The notes under the pieces were generated by a model. It was not told the DNA's origin and ran no database searches. It saw nothing but the letters and a program-made list of their open reading frames with translations. From contig NC_068984.1 of NCBI RefSeq assembly GCF_001194135.2, positions 60,017,629 through 60,059,654 of the forward strand: a stretch of DNA of 42,026 nucleotides, given 5' to 3'. Shown here piece by piece: positions 35,370-42,026 of this stretch. The position numbers and the translations under genes are program-made. This DNA comes from Octopus bimaculoides. Taxonomy: Eukaryota. Position 1 is the stretch's first letter, and the number at the start of each line of letters is the position of its first letter.

Positions 35370-35531
35370 TATGGCAGGCTTCGACAAAGTTTCTGCCAAC
35401 CAAATTCATTAACAAGACATTGGTTGATCTGGGGCTATTGTAGAAGACACTTGCCCAAGGTGCCACCAGTGGGACTGAACCTGAAACCATGTGGTTGCAA
35501 ACTGAGCTTCTTTACCTCATAACCATGCCTG
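35370..35531 (-). mobile_element. SINE family A, 5' half, inverted relative to 34828
   Basis: gtagaagacacttgcccaaggtgccacc is the perfect 28-bp complement of the core in the plus-strand copy. Confidence 0.85.
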
Positions 35532-35647
35532 GTAAGCTATTCTTTTTTTTTGCTCAGGACAATTAGTAAGCTAACAGGCAGCAATTTCTGTGAGGTTTAG
35601 GTCCTGGACTATTGCCACATGTTCATGAATTGAAATTGTGCTACATC

Positions 35648-35915
35648 ATGTCATCCTCATCATTTAACGTCTGCTTTCCATGCTGGCATGGGTTGGACAG
35701 TTTGACAAGGAACTGGCAAGCTGCAAGGCTGTATCAGGCTTTGGTATGGTTTCTATGGCTTTGGTATGGTTTCTATGGCTTTGGTATGGTTTCTATGGCT
35801 TTGGTATGGTTTCTATGGTTTTGGTATGGTTTCTATGGCTGGGTGTCTTTCATAACACCAACCACTTTATGGAGTGTACTGGGTACTTTTTACAGCACTT
35901 GTGAGGTTGCCATGA
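35648..35915 (-). mobile_element. Retroposon family B containing a 20-bp minisatellite
   Basis: catcatttaacgtctgctttccatgctggcatgggttggac followed by the array. Confidence 0.8.
35737..35836. repeat. Minisatellite (ggctttggtatggtttctat) x5
   Basis: Four identical units plus one with a single substitution. Confidence 0.97.
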
Positions 35916-37379
35916 AACTTGCAAGATATAAAAGTATAGCAGTAAAGGAACGGGAATCCTCTCACACTACTTAAGAAGAAGTATTTAGGAGGAGGAGGAG
36001 GAGGAGGAGGTGGAGTTGGGTTGCTTTTTGCCAGGCATTGAAAGGCTAAAATATGATAGAAGGACAAGCACAGGTATCTTGCTGTAGAGGAAATACATGG
36101 CTGAAGAAGATTAGAGGAAAGTGTGATGGGATGTTAGAACAAACTCTCAAGGAACAAGAAGGTGAGCATGAGAGGATACAGACAGTGGGTCATGGGAGTG
36201 GACAAGAGAGTGTGTGGATGCTTTCATAGGAATGTGAGTGGGGGAGTAAACTGGTGGGGGTAGAAGTAGATGTTAGAGGTTGATGTAAGGAGCGATGAGC
36301 AAGGGTAAGTAACATAACTGCTTCCATTTGTCTGCCGTACCACCAGTTAGTTACACTCGTCTATAACAGTTGATTCACTAATGGTTGGTTAACAGGACGT
36401 CAGATGTGTGGAGAATGGTGCTATCCATTCTTTTCTGTAAAAATAGATCATAGAACAGGAACAAAATAAATAATAAACAAATGAACACAAAAGTTAAAAA
36501 GAATAGTATATATAGAAAACAAACAAAACTTTATAATAAAACTGGTACGCTTCTTAAATTTTGTGTTTTCTTCTTCAACTGAATATTATATAAGTTATAG
36601 ACAAGTTAGAAAAAACTTGAACTTTCATGGAAGCAATTTAACAATTTAATTTATTTGTTTCTATTTTGAGTTATTAGGATTTTTTCTTTACAGGAAAAAA
36701 AAAAAAAAAACTGAATAAAAATAAATACATATATATACATATATATAAAAATTCTGGAAGATTTGTTTTTTTTTAATGTCAAATACAAAATAATACATGG
36801 TACATGTGGTTTGAAAATATTGTAAAGAAGATTGGGAGATTTTTAGCTTTAATATTTCTGTTTGATTAAGCTTCTTTATTTCCAAGATTATGGATTATAA
36901 ATGTATTNNNNNNNNNNNNNNNNNNNNNNNNNNNNNNNNNNNNNNNNNNNNNNNNNNNNNNNNNNNNNNNNNNNNNNNNNNNNNNNNNNNNNNNNNNNNN
37001 NNNNNNNNNNNNNNNNNNNNNNNNNNNNNNNNNNNNNNNNNNNNNNNNNNNNNNNNNNNNNNNNNNNNNNNNNNNNNNNNNNNNNNNNNNNNNNNNNNNN
37101 NNNNNNNNNNNNNNNNNNNNNNNNNNNNNNNNNNNNNNNNNNNNNNNNNNNNNNNNNNNNNNNNNNNNNNNNNNNNNNNNNNNNNNNNNNNNNNNNNNNN
37201 NNNNNNNNNNNNNNNNNNNNNNNNNNNNNNNNNNNNNNNNNNNNNNNNNNNNNNNNNNNNNNNNNNNNNNNNNNNNNNNNNNNNNNNNNNNNNNNNNNNN
37301 NNNNNNNNNNNNNNNNNNNNNNNNNNNNNNNNNNNNNNNNNNNNNNNNNNNNNNNNNNNNNNNNNNNNNNNNNNNNNNN

Positions 37380-37830
37380 AGTTGGGGGGACAAACACAGA
37401 CACAAACATGCACACACACATATATATATATATATTTATATATATATATATATATATACATATATACGACGGGCTTCTTTCAGTTTTCCGTCTACCAAAT
37501 CCACTCACAAGGCTTTGGTCGGTCCGAGGCTATAGTAGAAGACACTTGCCCAAGGTGCCACGCAGTAGGAATGAACCCAGAACCATGTGGTTGGTAAGCA
37601 AGCTACTTACCACACAGCCACTATATGTATATATCTTTTATCTTTTTTTTTTTTGTATCAGTAATTAGACTGCAGCCATGCTGGAGCACTGCCTTGAAGA
37701 GTTTTAGTCGAATGAATTGATCCCTTTGCTACTTATATTAAAATCTGGTACTTATTCTATTAGTCTCTTTTTCTGAACTACTAAGTTATGGGGATGTAAA
37801 CAAACCAATATTGTCAAGTGGTGGTGGCAG
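37380..37830 (-). mobile_element. SINE family A pieces (5' half with microsatellite, then a separate 3' part)
   Basis: A low-divergence head at 37465-37622 and a decayed 3' body at 37665-37830. Confidence 0.85.
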
Positions 37831-37974
37831 GTGGAAAGGGTCACTGAAAAGGTTACAGATGGACATAAGATAAAATGAGGACAGTATTAAATGAGTGTAG
37901 AATGAATATATAGTGCATGTGTTTATTTGGCAAAAAAAAGAAAAAAGATCATCCCCAAATATAACAATGGACTG

Positions 37975-38208
37975 GCTCCTGTGCAGGTGGCACGTAAAAT
38001 ACACCATTTTGAGCGTGGCCATTGCCATTACCGCCTGACTGGCCTTCGTGCCGGTGGCACGTAAAAGCACCCACTACACTCTCAGAGTGAAGGGCATCCA
38101 GCTGTAGAAACTCTGCCAGATCCGATTGGAGCCTGGTGTAGCCATCTGGTTCACCAGTCCTCAGTTAAATCGTCCAACCCATGCTAGCATGGAAAGTGGA
38201 CGTTAAAC

Positions 38209-38240
<32 letters not shown>
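37975..38240 (+). mobile_element. Retroposon family B with long (GAT)n tail
   Basis: ggtggcacgtaaaa occurs twice, then gggcatccagctgtagaaac...cgtccaacccatgctagcatggaaagtggacgttaaacgatgat. Confidence 0.9.
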
Positions 38241-38241
<1 letters not shown>

Positions 38242-38269
38242 ATATATATATATATTTTAATTGGCATTA

Positions 38270-38480
38270 TTCTTCTGAAATTTTGGTACAAGACCAGTAA
38301 GTCTGGGGGAGGGGATAGGTCACATCAGCCCCTTTGCTGGTACTTATTTTTATCGACCTCAAAAAGATGAAAGACAAAGTCACCTTTGGCAGAATTTGAA
38401 TTCAGAACGTAAAGATGGATAAAATACTGCCAAGCATTTTACCTGACATGCTAACGATTCTGCTCACTTACTGCCTTAAT
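38270..38480 (-). mobile_element. SINE family D
   Basis: ctggtacttatttttatcgacctcaaaaagatgaaag...gaattcagaacgtaaag...tgctaacgattctgc..ctgcct. Confidence 0.75.
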
Positions 38481-38513
38481 GATGATAATAATAATGATGA
38501 TAATAATAGCAAT

Positions 38514-38879
38514 AACAAGAGCACTCACAGAGCATAAACCTCTGCCAAGGCAACACCAACATCCTCTCAATGATTAGCCAGATATGATTTCTAAAATGAG
38601 AATATCTGAAATAAGTTCGACTGCTTTCTCAAATGAGAATACTAAAAATGAACCTGACCACTCTCAAAAATTAAGTAAAAAAACCCAGAAAAATAATCCA
38701 GAATCCTTGTCTGGAACCAGATCGATCCCAAAATCTAATCAGTTTGTGCCAGTCACGAGGCCAAACATCCCTGAAAGTTTTATCCGAATCCATTCAGCGG
38801 TTCTTGAGGTATCTTGTCCATGGACAAGCACACAAACAAATATGACTGAAAACAATACCTCCGCCTTAGCAAAGGCGGA

Positions 38880-38884
<5 letters not shown>
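38514..38884 (+). mobile_element. Non-autonomous Helentron/HINE-like element
   Basis: 5' subterminal aaacctctgcc. 3' perfect hairpin tacctccgcctt-agca-aaggcggaggta at 38856-38883, whose arm matches the 5' motif. Flanked by (AAT)n-rich DNA. Confidence 0.6.
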
Positions 38885-38923
<39 letters not shown>

Positions 38924-39184
38924 TAATAATAATAATAAAACAATAGCAATAAATGCACAGGAGCCATAAAATTTACGGATACATGGGAAATTGATATTTC
39001 AAATGCCCCAGAGGCTCTCCATAAGTACTGGATAATTTCTGTTACCTAGGCTACCCAATTAGCAGTGGAGGAGAATGTATGGAAAGTGTAATTGCTAGAA
39101 TAAGAGTAGGATGGAGAAAATTCAGAGAACTTTTACCTATCTTTGGCAACCAAAGGCCTCTCTCTCTCTGATTCTTGCAACTTA

Positions 39185-39430
39185 TCCTATTAGTGCTGTT
39201 GCCATGTAAAAAGCACTGGTGCTGATACCATGTAAAAAGCACTTGTGTTGGTTCCATGTAGATAGCACACAATACACTCTGTAAAGTGGTTGGTATTAGG
39301 AAGGGCATGCAACTGAGGAAACCATGACAAAACAGACAATGGAGTCTGTTGTGGCCCCCAACCTTGCCAGCTCCTGTCAAATCATTCAACTCATGCCAGC
39401 ATGGAAAATGGACGTTAAATGATGATGATA
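39185..39430 (+). mobile_element. Retroposon family B, 3' part
   Basis: catgtaaaaagcact occurs twice, then cactctgtaaagtggttggtattaggaagggcat...catgccagcatggaaaatggacgttaaatgatgatg. Confidence 0.85.
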
Positions 39431-39723
39431 ATATATATATATATATCCTTTTATTCTTTTACTTGTTTCAGTCATTGAACTAGTCATACTCTTGACACTG
39501 ACATGATGAATTTAGTCAATCAAAATTAAATACAATAGTTAATCCTATCCATATACTTTCATATGAAAGTTTCCAATCTGGTAATCTTGTTAGTCCACAG
39601 TGGTGGAAGAATTCAATGTTGAATAGAGAGTGTTTTGTAATTGGTTTGGATTCTACATTCTTAGAACCTGGCCACTTATTTTGGCAAAACAAATGCTCAC
39701 TGAGTCTCATCAGAGATGTTTAA

Positions 39724-39944
39724 CCCTTTAGTATTCAGATTACTCTGTCAAATGTAATGCTTATTTATTCACATTGTTTTGAATTAATCATACATTATCT
39801 TTCAGTTTCAAGATTCTAATGATGCGGTGGTTTATTTTTAGAATGATATTATAGGGTTGGTGTGAGGGGCCAAATTTGGTCATTTTGAACATAGAACAGG
39901 TTGAACAATTTGTGCCAGATATGGCTGGTTTAAATGCTAAAAGG
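39724..39944 (+). mobile_element. piggyBac-type MITE, copy 1
   Basis: TTAA|CCCTTTAGTATT...AATGCTAAAAGG|TTAA. Confidence 0.85.
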
Positions 39945-39948
39945 TTAA

Positions 39949-40163
39949 CCCTTTAACATTCAGATTTTGTCAAATCTAATGCTTATTTAATGGTCTTGTT
40001 TCAAATTAATCACGCATTATCTTATAGTTTTGAGACTTCAATCATGTGATAGTTTTTTTAGAATGACATTGTAGGGTAAGTATGAGAGGCCAGACCTGGC
40101 TAGTTTGAACATAAAACAGGTAAGAAATGTGTGCCAGATATGGTTGGTTTAAATGCTAAAGGG
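39949..40163 (+). mobile_element. piggyBac-type MITE, copy 2 (head-to-tail, shares TTAA at 39945-39948)
   Basis: TTAA|CCCTTTAACATT...AATGCTAAAGGG|TTAA; body homologous to copy 1. Confidence 0.85.
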
Positions 40164-40239
40164 TTAAATGAGGTTTAACAAACACTCATTTGCCAAAACA
40201 ATGATGGCAATATTGTAAGAATATGTATGATCCCGTATC

Positions 40240-40465
40240 TTTCTTGTTTCTTTTACTTGTTTCGATCATTAGACTTCGACCATGCTGGGGCACTATCTTG
40301 ACGAATTTTCAGTTGAAGGAATTGACCCCCAGTATTTTTTTTTTTAAAGTCTGGTGCTTACTCTCTCAGTCTCTTTTGCCGAACTGCTAAGTTGCAGGGA
40401 TGTAAACACACCAACACTAGTTTTCAAGTGGTGGTGAGGGACAAACACAGATGCACAGACACACA
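40240..40465 (-). mobile_element. SINE family A, 3' half
   Basis: ttttacttgtttc..tcattagact...catgctggggcact...tctcttttgccgaactgctaagtt...ggacaaacacaga. Confidence 0.8.
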
Positions 40466-41459
40466 GAGGCTGGGCTGGGTGGAGGAGTTTGTCTCCCCCT
40501 CGCAAAGATAAGGATACAGGAAATGTGTCAAGGCCAACAGGAAGCGGTCCAGCTTCCTAGGGCTAAATAGCAGTAGTATATTTCCTTGTTGGGACTGTCA
40601 CGTTAAGTTGGCAATATACAACTACTTTATATATATATATATATNNNNNNNNNNNNNNNNNNNNNNNNNNNNNNNNNNNNNNNNNNNNNNNNNNNNNNNN
40701 NNNNNNNNNNNNNNNNNNNNNNNNNNNNNNNNNNNNNNNNNNNNNNNNNNNNNNNNNNNNNNNNNNNNNNNNNNNNNNNNNNNNNNNNNNNNNNNNNNNN
40801 NNNNNNNNNNNNNNNNNNNNNNNNNNNNNNNNNNNNNNNNNNNNNNNNNNNNNNNNNNNNNNNNNNNNNNNNNNNNNNNNNNNNNNNNNNNNNNNNNNNN
40901 NNNNNNNNNNNNNNNNNNNNNNNNNNNNNNNNNNNNNNNNNNNNNNNNNNNNNNNNNNNNNNNNNNNNNNNNNNNNNNNNNNNNNNNNNNNNNNNNNNNN
41001 NNNNNNNNNNNNNNNNNNNNNNNNNNNNNNNNNNNNNNNNNNNNNNNNNNNNNNNNNNNNNNNNNNNNNNNNNNNNNNNNNNNNNNNNNNNNNNNNNNNN
41101 NNNNNNNNNNNNNNNNNNNNNNNNNNNNNNNNNNNNNNNNNNNNNNNNNNNNNNNNNNNNNNNNNNNNNNNNNNNNNNNNNNNNNNNNNNNNNNNNNNNN
41201 NNNNNNNNNNNNNNNNNNNNNNNNNNNNNNNNNNNNNNNNNNNNNNNNNNNNNNNNNNNNNNNNNNNNNNNNNNNNNNNNNNNNNNNNNNNNNNNNNNNN
41301 NNNNNNNNNNNNNNNNNNNNNNNNNNNNNNNNNNNNNNNNNNNNNNNNNNNNNNNNNNNNNNNNNNNNNNNNNNNNNNNNNNNNNNNNNNNNNNNNNNNN
41401 NNNNNNNNNNNNNNNNNNNNNNNNNNNNNNNNNNNNNNNNNNNNNNNNNNNNNNNNNNN

Positions 41460-41488
<29 letters not shown>

Positions 41489-41491
<3 letters not shown>

Positions 41492-41892
41492 GCACGTGCC
41501 ATCAGTAGTTACTCAGGGCAGGCAGTTGGTGACCTTTATGTAGTAAAACACACAAAAAATAAGCAAAACATAGGCTTGCGACTGAGTTGAAAGCAGAGCT
41601 ATTTCTGCCTTTATAGCACATAAAGAAAACAGCGTTGTAGAAATGCATGCAGCATGTGTGCTACAGCAGTACTATGCGTAGCTTAAATACTGAGATTGAA
41701 AAGCAAGGGAAAATTATGCCTACCTAATCTGCAAAAAAAATAAAACATTTTGCATTCTATACAAATAATCAGACTAGTCTTCATAATTTTATTGAATTAG
41801 GTGCATATTTTGCTATGAGAGGAAAATGTTGCTATTGATCTATTTTATTCAAGGTAGGCACTGCCTACCTTGCCTACCTAGGCAGTACATCC

Positions 41893-41895
<3 letters not shown>
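41489..41895. mobile_element. Possible hAT-type non-autonomous element inside a (TA)n tract
   Basis: CAGG...CCTG termini with partial subterminal similarity (aggcagt). 21-bp palindrome aaggtaggca-c-tgcctacctt at 41851-41871. The 8-bp flanks are identical (atatatat) but uninformative. Confidence 0.45.
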
Positions 41896-41929
<34 letters not shown>

Positions 41930-41931
<2 letters not shown>

Positions 41932-42026
41932 CTGAAATTTACAGAAAAACAAAAGCTGAAGATAGGTGTATGAACAACAAGCAAGTGTATTAGTTTGATA
42001 CTCAGGAAAGTGAGTCTTTTACATTT
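41930..42026 (-). mobile_element. Penelope-like terminal-repeat family copy, truncated by window edge
   Basis: aaaagctgaaga...gaacaacaagcaagtgtattagtttgatactcaggaaag is shared with 2515-2575 and in part with 14420-14440. Confidence 0.5.

Larger units (their letters stand above)
909..41459. other. 13 assembly gaps (about 5 kb N)
   Basis: N runs start at 909, 3556, 6691, 8842, 10540, 14145, 15884, 17801, 20681, 21996, 26350, 36908 and 40645. Most abut (TA)n, (GA)n or other simple repeats. Confidence 0.98.

Noticed and set aside
38584-38946. 120-aa ORF
   Set aside because: It lies within the Helentron-like repeat and ends in (AAT)n.
39690-39713. Minus-strand CTGATGA-GACTC-AGT-GAGC
   Set aside because: GAAA and the cleavage triplet are missing; at best a dead relic.
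822-41543. Long X-filled ORFs in the track
   Set aside because: They are open only because N gaps contain no stops.
1-42026. CRISPR arrays, rRNA or true tRNA genes, prokaryotic operons
   Set aside because: No repeat-spacer arrays were seen. tRNA-like boxes belong to SINE heads and lack complete cloverleafs. The DNA is eukaryotic and repeat-rich.

Overview
AT-rich metazoan DNA with 13 assembly gaps (about 5 kb of N), very dense microsatellites and many dispersed short repeats. The repeat types resemble those I associate with octopod cephalopods (e.g. Octopus); this is inference and was not checked against a database. I cannot support any intact protein-coding gene: nearly all ORFs in the track are microsatellite, N-gap or repeat translations. 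The recognisable coding relics are three mariner transposase remnants (one near full length with TIRs), a Helitron helicase remnant, a Penelope-like GIY-YIG endonuclease remnant, an R4/Dong-like restriction-enzyme-like endonuclease remnant, an RTE-like RT remnant, a probable Gypsy gag remnant, and one isolated 36-codon fragment of ribosomal protein eL14 (RPL14). Non-coding structures include piggyBac-type MITEs, two large foldback elements, a Helentron-like element, a minimal hammerhead-ribozyme-like motif and an 80-nt pre-miRNA-like hairpin. I found no convincing new biological system. The best leads are the RPL14 fragment, the hammerhead-like motif, the nested foldback element, the triple-headed Helitron and the hairpins. 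All alignments and counts were done by eye; SINE boundaries are approximate.
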